From Octopus bimaculoides (lineage: Eukaryota): DNA of 64,000 bases. Each line of letters starts with the position of its first letter. Position 1 is the first letter of the stretch. Of this stretch, positions 38,595 to 50,077 are shown one piece after another. Both the position numbers and the translations under genes were made by a program. Location: NCBI RefSeq assembly GCF_001194135.2, contig NC_068987.1, positions 105,612,059-105,676,058 of the forward strand. The letters run 5' to 3'. The notes under the pieces are model-generated. The model saw only the letters and a program-made list of their open reading frames with translations. It ran no database searches and was not told where the DNA came from.

Positions 38595-40051
38595 AACATG
38601 AATTAATTGATACACATACCACAGTTACATATTTATGCAAATACATACCCCCCACATATTTATGATATTATATTGCATATACAAAATAGAAGAGTTTCGC
38701 ATAAAAATGCCTTGCAATATAATTTCAGACGCTTTACTTCCTGAGTTCCCATACCACCGAGGTCAACTTCGTATTCTTTCTGTCCGGTATCGATAATTTT
38801 AAGTCTCAGCCAAGTGTTGCAATTCCTTATTATCGACTTTCTCTCTCCTTGAAACTGCAAGCCTTCTTGTATATCAGAGATTATAGAGTGTCCTCTATAT
38901 CCTTCCTTTGTTCATAACATAGGGTGTTATTCTAGGCAAACGTTGCTGGCATTTTTAGCAAGTTTAAGTGTCAAGTAGATCTCTCGTTTTCGTTAGTTTG
39001 CAATGCCTCTTATGGAAGTGTTGTAAGATAGACGTATAGTAATTGTTAAATAATCTATTATGTTGCTGAGTTGTGGTAAGCTTGTAGAAAGCCGCGTTCA
39101 CAATGTGGTTTTTGATATTCAGTTGATCAATTTTACTTAACAAGCTCCTGTGTATATTTCCTTTGAGATAGCTGACGTATCTCCCTTTAATTTATTGCAA
39201 TATGGTACTAGAGATATCGCATAGACAATACGCTGTCATGGAGAAATGGTTGATAATCCGATTCATGGTTTCATATTTTATTTTATCATGGTAAAACATA
39301 TCAGATTTAAACCAGCAATAGTATATTGTTTCTATTATTTCTTTGTTAGAAACTGTACTGTACAATCAGCTAGTCAAGTTGGCGACTATACTTCTGTTAT
39401 CGAAATATTTCAAAGAATAGTAGAGTTCTCACTCTTTAAATTTCCAAAGATACAATGTTATAACCCCGATGCAATTTTATTTTTATATCGACACTAAATA
39501 AGTTTTATGCCTATTCATATATCATAAACATAAGAGTAACTTGTTTTTTTAGATTTTTGTGTGCACAAGTAATAAAGATATTTGGACTTAGACATTGTCA
39601 AGTGATTAAGATGTTCGCTTAACACTTAACTGTCGTGAATCCTCAATGCATGGTGACTTAAACTTGTATCTTCTTAGACGTAGACACCCTGCCAACTTTC
39701 TAGGAAAATCCAGGGTGTGAGAGCTGAAGGGGAAGAGGACTGTACTAGCAGTCGGCTGTTTCTTATTACAATTGAGTTGATCGAAGAAACGTTAAATGAA
39801 GGTGCCTTGCACATGGACACAACGCACCCCTGGTCCACGTCCATATGACCTGGAGCCAAACACTCTAACCTCTAAGCTATGCAATTCTACTTAATGAAAG
39901 GTGCCTATATTTCAAAGTAGCTTTTGCAAACACAGTGTTATGCTTAGCCTGCTTGAATGTAACCTTAATGAAGCAAGTATTAGAGTAAACCTCATACACT
40001 TACAAGATAATACAAGGAGAATGTAGGTCCATTGATCCAATAGCTAAACAG

Positions 40052-40465
40052 TAATATTCACCGTTGAAGTCGAGGCGAGAGACACAAATATGGATACATT
40101 ATAAATAGAAAGTGAAATTGTGTTCAACTGCTCGCTGTTTAACGTTTATTAAATTCCTATGATAATTGTTACATTAAGAATGAACGTTAGATATTGGACA
40201 CCAACTAACTTAAAATGACAAATAATGTAATGTGAGTGAAATCGATATATTACCTACAAACGTACTATCGCCGATAGAGGAAGACAGAATGTTTTTTGTT
40301 AGATGCATTCATAAACAAAAATCCCGTTGTGTCTTAGAGTTGAAAAATGGTCAGTCTTTTAATCAAAGGGTTACTATCTGTGACAGTTCAACGTCAATAA
40401 AGGGTACTTCTGATAAAGCAGACCTATGTTCAAAAACATTGCATTTCTCTCCAGTCTTTGTTTTC
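40052..40465 (-). repeat. Unclassified dispersed repeat, copy 2
   Basis: The reverse complement is colinear with 3780-4255. Confidence 0.8.
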
Positions 40466-40554
40466 AGATAAAGTGAATTTTGGATCAAATTCTCCAAAGT
40501 ATCCATTCTTAAAAAGCAGAATGGTCACGGTTGGATTACAGTTGACCATAGTTC

Positions 40555-40700
40555 ATCCTCCTCCTCTACCTCTTGATCCTACTCCTCCTCCTCCTCCTCC
40601 TCCTCTACCTCTTGATCATCCTCCTCCTCTACCTCTTGATCATCCTCCTCCTCTACCTCTTGATCATCCCCCTCCTCTAATTCTTGATCATCCTCCTCAT
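40555..40700. repeat. 24-bp minisatellite (catcctcctcctctacctcttgat), about 5-6 units
   Basis: Direct read; translates as HPPPLPLD (+) or DQEVEEED (-). Confidence 0.9.
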
Positions 40701-40819
40701 CACGTTCATCAAAATAAGATCTCATTTCCTTGCTTCTGTTCGATCTCAGTAAGACCGAACATATATCATACTAAAGCTTCATATCGACCAGTGAACCTAA
40801 TGTGTGAAATCTGGAAGAT

Positions 40820-41010
40820 GGAAATCTCGAAAAAGAAAGATCGTTCCAGTTCTCAGGTTGTAGATTTAATCTACCACCAGGTTTAATGCTAACGCATGAC
40901 CCCTGAGTGTTTTTAGTGAAGACCACTCGCTTGATATAATTAAGGCCAGGGTTTCGGTTAACCTCTTCCCTTCCTTCTAAAACTCTCGGACACGGACCTT
41001 CATCTTCTGA
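40820..41010 (-). mobile_element. Short Tx1-like ORF2 remnant
   Basis: Minus strand ggtccgtgtccgagagttttagaaggaagggaagaggttaacc resembles the post-endonuclease linker of these elements, by recollection only. Confidence 0.35.
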
Positions 41011-41019
41011 CTAATGCGA

Positions 41020-41509
41020 CCCCAGAAAAGGTCTCAGAAAATGCGGAAGTGACCATACTGTAGGATATGCTTATACATACAGATAGAAAAAATCCAGGTT
41101 AAAAGACCGGATATAGTTGAAAAATGCCTTCTAATCTATGTATCAACACCAACAGATGGCAATGCATCTCTAAAAGAAACGAAGAAACTTTCAAAATACA
41201 AAGATCTGGAAATAGAGGTAACTCGAATGCTCGAATGTGGAGCCTAAAAACAGAAACAGTTCGTATAACAGTAGGTGCATTAGGTATGATAAAAAAACAT
41301 TCAGACAAATACATAACCAAAATACCAGAACTTACAAATGTTTATAACATACAGAAAATAGCATTACTGGACACCATACACATCCTACGCAAAGAGCTTT
41401 CAGTACAGTGAAACTAAGAGCATCACAAAAAACCACAACACATACCAAAGGCACACAGACCTGCGCTGTGTAGTGCAGTGAAAACACGTGATAAAAATAA
41501 GACTATTGA
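41020..41509 (+). mobile_element. R4/Dong-like LINE 3' end (RLE domain and 3' UTR), TAA-flanked
   Basis: PEKVSENAEVTIL.DM.IHTDR...RPDIV, KYKDLEIE, VGALG motifs; homologous to 42820-43304. Confidence 0.85.
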
Positions 41510-41520
41510 ATAATAACTAT

Positions 41521-41753
41521 AATAATGATTTCTTTTATTGGTCACAAAGGTCCAAAACATGGAGTACAATATCGAAGGACAAGTTACAGCACGCAAAAAG
41601 CAAAACAAAAACGAAAAACAAAAACCAGGTGGAGTTTACATCGATCAGAGGGAGATACCACCACATTAAAGGATATAACAGAGGATATATAATAGCAATT
41701 AGAGAAACAAATAGATAATTAGAATCCCCAGTAGTGGGGTAGTTCACTTTCGG

Positions 41754-41757
<4 letters not shown>
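41521..41757 (-). mobile_element. 3' UTR of a Tx1-like LINE, tail-to-tail with the Dong-like fragment
   Basis: Homologous to 43315-43560. Confidence 0.75.
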
Positions 41758-41823
<66 letters not shown>

Positions 41824-41837
41824 GTGATAATAATAAT

Positions 41838-42050
41838 CCTTTCTACTACAGGCACAAAGCCTATAATTTGTGGAGAGGGGATTAGTCGATTACATCACCT
41901 CAGTGTTTCACTGGAACTTAATTTATCGACTCCGAAAGTATGAAAGGCAAAGTCGATCTCGGTGGAATTTGAACTCAGGAAATAGCGTCAGGCGACATAC
42001 CACTAAGCATTTCGTCCAGCGTGCTAGTGATTCTGCAAGCACGCCGTCTT
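41838..42050 (-). mobile_element. SINE family 1, full length, between (AAT)n tracts
   Basis: Head and tail both present; family homology. Confidence 0.9.
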
Positions 42051-42075
42051 AATAATGATGATGATGATGATGATG

Positions 42076-42125
<50 letters not shown>

Positions 42126-42137
42126 TATAGTAATGTA

Positions 42138-42347
42138 TTCTACTAAAGGCACAAAGCCTGGTATTTGTGAGGAGGGGACTAGTGGATTACATCGATCCCG
42201 GTGTTTCACTGGTACTTAGTTTATCGACCCCGAAAGATGAAAGGCATAGTCGACCTCGGCGGAATTTGAACTCAGAACGTAGCGACGGACGAAATACCGC
42301 TAAGCATTTTGTCCGGCGTGCTAACGATTCTACCAGCTCACCGCCTT
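42138..42347 (-). mobile_element. SINE family 1, full length, between (AAT)n tracts
   Basis: Head aaggcggtgagctggtagaatcgttagcacgccggac and B box ctgagttcaaattcc. Confidence 0.92.
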
Positions 42348-42377
42348 AATAATGTTGATGATGATGATGATGATGAC

Positions 42378-42412
<35 letters not shown>

Positions 42413-42448
42413 TAATAATAATAATAATATTAATAATAATGATAATAT

Positions 42449-43304
42449 TGGGTTGAGCTAAAGATAAAAGGATGGCAAATATTGGGCTACGCTAAACAGA
42501 AAAGAGATAGACAAAGCAAAATGCCAACAATGGCTAAGAAGCTCGGAACTCAAAGCAGAGGCGGAAGGATTTTTAACTGCAGCACAAGATCAAAGCCTTC
42601 CTACCAGAAATCGCCCAAATCGCATAATGAAAAGAAATACAATAAGTAACTGTAGAATATGTGGTGATGGAGAAGAAACAATAAATCATATTGTCTTTGG
42701 CTGCCCAGTCTTGGTTAAGAAGGAATATATTCACAGACACAACAGAGTTGGGACCTATATATACTGGAAGCTATGCCAACACTACGGAATAACAACAGAA
42801 AAAGGATGGTATGGGCACACCCGAGAAAAGGTCACAGAAAATGAGAAAGCAACCATACTCTGGGATATGCCAATACACACAGAGAAATCAAGGCTAATTA
42901 GCTAGATATAGTTGTCAGAGACGCCCAACAAAAGCACTTTCTAATGAATGTATCAATACCAACAGATCACAACGTTTCTCTAAAAGAAACGGAAAAAACT
43001 TTCAAAATACAAAGATCTTGAAACAGGTAACTCGAATGTGGAGCCTAAAAACAAACAATTCCTAGTATAGTAGCGCATTACGTATGATAAAAAACATTCA
43101 GACAAATACATAACAAAAAACACCAAGATTAACAAGTATATATAACATACAAAAAATAACACTACTAGGCACCGCACACATCCTGCGTAAAACACTTTCG
43201 ATACAGTGAAAATAAGAGCACCACAATAAACCACAGCACATACCCAAGGCACACAGAGCTACGCTCGGCAGTGAGGTGAAAACACATGTTTAAGATAAGA
43301 CTGA
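42449..43304 (+). mobile_element. R4/Dong-like LINE, 5'-truncated, (TAA)n on both sides
   Basis: LKAEAEGFLTAAQDQSL, CRICGDGEETINHIVFGCP...EYIHRHNRVG..IYWKLC, TILWDMPIHT. Confidence 0.9.
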
Positions 43305-43314
43305 ATAACAACAA

Positions 43315-44220
43315 TAATAATGATTTCCTTTATTGGCCACAAGGGCCTAAGCCATGGAGGACAATATCGAAGGACGAGTTACAACACAAGAAGAAAACGA
43401 AAAATAAAAAAAGGTGGGATTTCCATCTATCAAAAGGTAGATACTATCACATGAAAGGATATAACAGAGGATATATAATAGCAATTAGAGAAATAGATAA
43501 TAAATAAATAGATAATTAGAATCCCTAATAGCAGGGCAGTCCAATTTGGATAGTTCGGGGTAAACCCCACTCAAAAATCCCGGATTAATCTGCCATCCCC
43601 CAAGCATGGGAAAATACTCTCTTCCAGTTTCTTTCCTTCTGGTTAGAAAAGCATACTCAGAGTCGGTCCATTCGGTTTCACCAGCCTTGCCATCGTCGAC
43701 CAACTTTTGATAAACACACTAGAAGGTGACACCTTCCCCTCTACCCTCACCTTCCTCTTCTAATGATATTTGAAGAAATGATGAGGGCTTGGCAAGATAG
43801 GAAAGTGCCTGTCTTCAAACTTTCAGACGGGTCCACCACACAGCCTCTTTTGCCACAGCCACTAAGCAGCGAAAAATCTGCCTTCCTTCTCTGCTAAATG
43901 AAGGTGGTCCGTCGACCTTCACTATGCTCTCGGGAGACAACTGAATTTACCTTATACACTACATCAACTGCTCCACACAAGCCCACAACTCTCTAATGCA
44001 CAGACACTGAATTATTGCATGTAGGATGATTTCGTCCCCTTCCATGCATCTCGGGCAAGTTCGGCTGTTGGCACTTCCATGCCTGAAGAGCTCGTCTCGG
44101 ACAGGTAATGACCCCCACCTATAGCTCTGCCATGCCAAAGACTTTTGGAAATTGTCCATGATCTTCGACCCAAAGGTCTTCCGGAAGAGACTACTCAGAC
44201 TGCTCTCGTTGGTGTCTAGC
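43315..44220 (-). mobile_element. Tx1/L1-like LINE 3' end (zinc-knuckle region, 3' UTR, (ATT)n tail)
   Basis: ORF 43959-44270: KSLAWQSYRWGSLPVRDEL...TCPRCMEGDEIILHAIIQC...LW (zf-RVT-like CxxC..H..C); tail ggcccttgtggccaataaaggaaatcattatt. Confidence 0.85.
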
Positions 44221-44230
44221 AATAATAAAA

Positions 44231-44620
44231 GAAGTGTTTGTGTGGTAAGAGGTTTGCTTCCCAACAACATGGTTCCGGGTTTAGTCTGACTGTTTTGTAC
44301 ATAGAGCGAGTGTCTTCTACTATAGCCTTAGCTCGACCACAGCTTTGTGAGTGAATTTGGTAGACAGAAACTAACAGAAGCCTGTGTTCATACATATATG
44401 TGCGTGTGTGTTTGTATATCTTTGTTCCGACAACCTCTTGACAACTGGTATTGGTATGTGTGCGTCCCCGTAACGTAGCGATTCGGTAAAGACTCTGATA
44501 GCATAAATACCAGGCTTCAAAGAGAAAAAAATACTGGCATCCTTCGACTAAAATTCTTCAAGGCGTTACCCCAGCATGGCCACAGTCTAATGACTGAAAC
44601 ATATAAGATAAAAGATAAAA
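44231..44620 (+). mobile_element. SINE family 3, near full length
   Basis: tRNA-like head gtgtggtaagaggtttgcttcccaacaacatggttccgggtttagtc; tail gactgaaacatataagataaaagataaaa. Confidence 0.85.
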
Positions 44621-46636
44621 TAAAACATAACACTGCACAGTTGAAAGGTTTCTTTGATGACTACCAGCATCAGGCGCAAACACCATATTAACATAACTCA
44701 TTTGTGCACATAGCTTCACCTCTATGAAGTAGATTGGGTTGCTGTCTGAGTAGCTGATCGAATTCCAAGTAATATAATTCATAACATGTGTATTTTCTCT
44801 AAACAAGAATTCTAGTAAAGTGCAGTTTGATTTGAATTCACTAATATTCTCGTAAAGACATGCGCATTCATACGAACATACGTATATGTACACACAGACA
44901 CACACGGGCACACATAGACAAACACGAATATGCATGTGTTTATCTATGTGTGCGAGTGAGCACATGACCAAGTAAAATATATGAAAATAACGCATAAATA
45001 ATGCAGATTCAATAAAAAGTTCTGAAGATGGATTATATAATATTATTAACAATATATTATATGAAATAAAATGAAGTATAACTGCTGCAGCGTCTTGGCA
45101 ATTTTGTTATGACTTACTAATTTTCTTCTATACAGCAATGGCACTGGATCGCCATAATTTTAAATGTAACGGCGTCTGAAAAGTGTTATAAATAAGTGAA
45201 AAGGCTCCTTAACATCATGAACAATATCATAGAATCTGAAAGACTTCATTAAAAAATATATATTTTCAACATAGCACACTTTTTTAAAGATGTCATTAAA
45301 ATATATATGAATAAGCATAGAAAGTCGATAGTACAAATAACCTGTTTTTCAATCAAAAAAAAAAAAAAAAAAGGAAAGGAGAAAAGAAAAGCATAAACCT
45401 CTAAATCAGAACAGAAAAAAAAGAAAACAGAAAGGAAGGAATAAAAAATCGAAAATGTTAATTTTATTTGTTGCTTTTGAAAGTTTCCACTGAACATCAT
45501 ATGATTTGTTTAACTGATTAGAAGTAAGGTGACATAGCAAACATTCGGATAATTATGTGTTATTTTCAGAAATATGCCAATCATTGGAACTAAAGACATC
45601 ACTAGAAGTAAAAATAGTTTCTTCTTCTTTTTCATAATAAAGAAAATAAAGAAAAACAATGAAAGAAAAAGATATGAAAAGCTTTATGACAACAAAGAAA
45701 AGAATAAGAAATATAGTGGCAAAAAAAAAACCTCAAGTAAAAAAAAAAACAATAAAAACAACCCAAACCATAAAAGAATAAAAACAAAACAAATAACTCC
45801 ATGAAAATAGATTATTCAAGTCTGTTTTTGAATTTTCTGTTGGCAGCTAAATATGCAGATGTATGTTGTGTGTATTGACTCGCTTTTATGACATCGTTTT
45901 GCCAACTTTTATTTATATAATTTTGATAACGAAGTTTCCCCAGTGTAGTTAATATAGCGGAGATGTGTTGGTAATATTAAAAGTTATTGGTATCGATAAA
46001 TAAACAGAAAACTCGATAGGAAATTAAGAAGAGAAAAATAAGCTTGTAGAAAAGATCGCAGTTGAACAAAATGCGACCAGATGGATCTGAACATAAAGTA
46101 TTTCAAAAGGAAATGAGAAGCTGTAATTTCAAATCTACGCATTGTAATTGAATAAAGTTATCTCATTCTAGCCTTTTGTCAGAGCTTTATTTTCAGCCTA
46201 TAAATAACTAATTTCCTAGTAAAATGACCGTTGCTAATGGTAGGTGCATGTTTCTTGTTTACTTAATAATTGTTAAAGTTTGAAGACGATATGTCGTAAC
46301 CAGTTTTTCTAAACCACTTGTTTTAAGTAACTTTTGTTGGTGAGATGTGTAGACTGAGTAATGGAATAAGATTCGTTTCTATTCTACTTAGTTACTCTCT
46401 TCTACACGAAAATTTTAAGGAATTCTCCTCAGATACACGACATGGACAAACATAACTTTATATATATTATCGTATATTTACACACATTCATACATCTATT
46501 ATGTATATATGTATGAATGTATGTATGTATGTATGTATCTATATATGTGTGTGTGCGTTCGATATGGGTGTGCGTGTAAATTTACATGCATACATACATA
46601 CATACATACATACATCCACATATACATATAAATAAT

Positions 46637-46888
46637 AAATGCGCCCTTTTAAAGCCTAGCCAGGCTCATGGGCCCGGTTTCCCGGTTTCAATGGCGTACG
46701 TGTTCCCCGGCTAGACGGGATGCCAGTCCATCGCAGCGTTACTCATTTTTGCCAGCTAAGTGAACTGGAGCAAAGTGAAATAAAGTGTTTTGCTCAAGAA
46801 CACAACGCGTCACCCGGTCCAGGAATCGAAATCACAATCTTACGATCATGATGGTGACACCCTAACCACTAAGCCACGCACCTCCACA
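46637..46888 (-). mobile_element. CORE-like SINE (family 4), full length
   Basis: A box TGGCTTAGTGG, B box TTTCGATTCC, then ttgtgttcttgagcaaaacactttatttcactttgctccagttcacttagctggcaaaaatgagt resembling the MIR CORE. The octopus OR families are known CORE-SINEs. Confidence 0.85.
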
Positions 46889-47451
46889 AACATATACATA
46901 TATAAGATATACATCCATGCGTGTGTGCGTGCATCAAGAAAAAGGAAAAGAGAATTTATAACACTAACAACTCGGAATTATTTCTCTTTAATGATTTTTG
47001 CTTTAATTGTGCAAAATATCTAAGGAAATAAATGTTTTTAACTCTTTTACATGAATATTCAAGTATTATGTTTTGCTGGAGTCAAGATGAGATAATTGAT
47101 TAATTGACAATGCATATTGAGTCAGAACCATTTCCAGAGCTATCGTCTTGTCTCCAGAAAAAAAAAGACTCAGTTTTCCCTAATGGCACGTCACATTCAA
47201 AATATTTCGCGATTTGTGAGATTACCTCTCCTTTCCATCTCGATGTCGATCGCTTTTGCAACCAAGCGTTTCTATACCTTCTCTTGAAACAAAGATAAAT
47301 TGAATAAATCGAATTTATCTCATATGTTACTTACTATGACTTTATTAGCTTTTCTCAAGCATACGAATTATTTCTTTAGCACGTTTCTGATACATACATA
47401 CATACATACATACATACATACATACATACATACATACATACATACATACAT

Positions 47452-48393
47452 CAAGAACTCAATGAGACAGATGTTCGAACTCGCAATCTGCTCAGTGTTA
47501 CAGGAAACCTCAACATCAATAGAGATGTAGGCAGGCAATCAACTGCATAATTAGGATAGCTAATGAATTTGAGGAGAGGTATGAAATAAGAGCTGATACA
47601 AATCTCTCCTCAAATATCACTAGTAAAGTCTATTTTTCAGAAAAAATAGAATACAAAAAAAAGGACCAGTTCATTGAGAAGATACTTGGTATGAAAAGCA
47701 CAAACCACTGAAGGGACTGATCATGTCAAAAGCGTGCCATGGAATACCGACAAGTTTATAACATAACACCACTTCGAAGACTACATCCATGTAATCCAAG
47801 AACCTACAGCATAAAAGACAGAAACGTTGACAGGCAACAAATGTAGATTGTGCAAAAACTAGGACTGAAGACATCAACCACATTATCGCAAACTGCGAGA
47901 GAATGCCTTCAAGATATTATCTTTCCACAAGGCATGATGCGATGGTCAGAACAGTTTGGAAAAGGATTACAAAAAAGAAACCACCTACAGATGAATTTGA
48001 TCATATTGAGATCGATGGGTCAAAAGATTATTGGTGGAAGTTAAAAAACAAAATAGCCACCAAATAAAAACAGAGCCGTCCAGATATTGCTGTGTGGGCT
48101 CACAAAGCAAAGCAATGTTCTGTTGTGGAAATCAGCAACCCTCTTGGCACAAATATGGTGGGAAAAATACAAGAGAAAGGGAACAATTATGGACCATTGA
48201 TAAGGAGTTTGCAAATCCAGTACCCAAAATACATTTTCAGCTTCATAATATTATTGTTGGGGCAACAAAGTAGTGCATGACCAAGATTGAAAGCATCAGC
48301 CATATTGGTGCCAACTGCAAAAAGTCTGTAAAATCCTCTTAAGATTTAACGACGGTCGGTCAAAATATATTCTAAATTAAAAAGAGAAAGCGA
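47452..48393 (+). mobile_element. RLE-type LINE of the same subgroup as 19600-20868, preceded by (TACA)n
   Basis: [43 protein letters not shown]...RYYLSTRHD, RPDIAVW...EISNP. (TACA)n at 47391-47451; degenerate acatacatatacac at the 3' end. Confidence 0.85.
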
Positions 48394-48944
48394 ACATACA
48401 TATACACACACATGCATACACACATTGGTTTCATGTCATGGCTCAGAGAAGAAGGCGAAAGCATATTACATCGACACCAGTACTCAACTGGTACATATAT
48501 TATCACATTGAGTTGCTTTATTGGTTTCCAACATTGCAGATCAATACGAAATCTAAGAGTAACATGGACATTATAAATCTGGCACGGAACCATTTCCCCA
48601 CAGGACACAAACATCTCAGACTATCTAACCGGCAAAACATAAATTATAACTATAGTTGCGTGACTAATACGGAAGAAATCTTCTCGGGTAAATAGTCGAA
48701 TTCACATAATAATTACGTCATACTAAATACACACACACACACGCACACACACACGCACATACACACACGCACACACACACACGCACACGCACACNNNNNN
48801 NNNNNNNNNNNNNNNNNNNNNNNNNNNNNNNNNNNNNNNNNNNNNNNNNNNNNNNNNNNNNNNNNNNNNNNNNNNNNNNNNNNNNNNNNNNNNNNNNNNN
48901 NNNNNNNNNNNNNNNNNNNNNNNNNNNACACACACACACACATA

Positions 48945-49830
48945 GTGTATTCGGGTTAAATTTTACAATTTTATGTCTTCTGTTTTCAGGAACAATTTGG
49001 TGTACTGGTTGGAACAGTCAACGCCGTTAGAGAGATAAAAGATGGAAGTTATTGTTGAGAAAAAGTTAGCTGACACAGAGGGCTGGAAACCATTTGAATA
49101 TTGGAAAAGAGTTACTTGTATCATGATAATTCGCGTCGGGTGTCAAAATACTGACACCGTGGCTGCTGTTCGGTGCTGTGAACGCTGTAAAGGCTGTAAT
49201 ACGTAACATGGACAGTTGCAACCGAAAAACAAAGCCGCGGCCAGCAGGAACGGACACAGCAAGCTTTCTGACTGTATTCGCGCGCGGGTATTCATCCAAC
49301 AACTGCAGGACAAGATAATTAATGGAAGATCCGAGCAAGGGAATCCAGGGTTTGGCGAAAGAGATGGGTGTTGGAGCGGCAACCTTGACCCGGAATTAAG
49401 AACTTCGCTACCACTCGGACAAGAGGCACAAGGGACACATTCTGACAACCAAGGACAATCGCCTGACGAAAGAAAAGAAGCTCCCGAACAAATTCTCAGA
49501 GGAAAAGAACTTCTGCTAGAATCAGTTGTACAACACCTACAACAACGAGAACAAGTTCATTTGCCTACAATCTATGTATCGTGAAAAGCAAGTTCCCCCA
49601 AACAGTGAGGATCACGTGCTGACCCACATCTTTGAGCATGGACTTAGGCTCAATTCAAACACTAATGTGAGCCTGCTGGAGGCTGTTGTCAAACCCTGGT
49701 TGAGAAGAAAGCTTGCTGCTGGAAGGTTATATGTGTAGCGGCAGGAATCTTCTCCGAAAAGAGTCAGAAGTGGTTGTCGGAAATTTCTACGACTTCACCA
49801 GAGCTATTCTGGCCTCCACATTTTGCCAAT
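48945..49830 (+). mobile_element. Degenerate Tc1/mariner-superfamily transposase (resembles maT/DD37D type)
   Basis: Frameshifted pieces: EYWKRVTCIMIIRVG, HSKLSDCIRARVFIQQLQD, EDPSKGIQGLAKEMGV, HIFEHGLRLNSNTNVSLLEAVVKPWL...GRLYV*RQESSP, KSQKWLS.NFYDFT. The catalytic triad is not fully readable. Confidence 0.8.
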
Positions 49831-50077
49831 ACCAATATATCCGTTTCAACACAGAATTTCACATCAGGAATCATGCAAAACAAATGCATAAACGTAACAA
49901 AGTGACCCCCAGCCAAGCTAGTAAGACGACAAAAAACTCTATTCCGTCATTTAAGAGCAAATAAATAGTGCATGTGTTTAATTGGCAAAATATGACCATC
50001 CCTAAGTATAACAATATGAAAAATATCAACTTACAATTTACTAATGTAAAATTCAATCCCAAATGCAAAGAGCTAAG

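Noticed and set aside
38850-39480. Long, nearly open minus-strand frame, possibly a decayed TE protein
   Set aside because: Several stops and no diagnostic motif; cannot be assigned.
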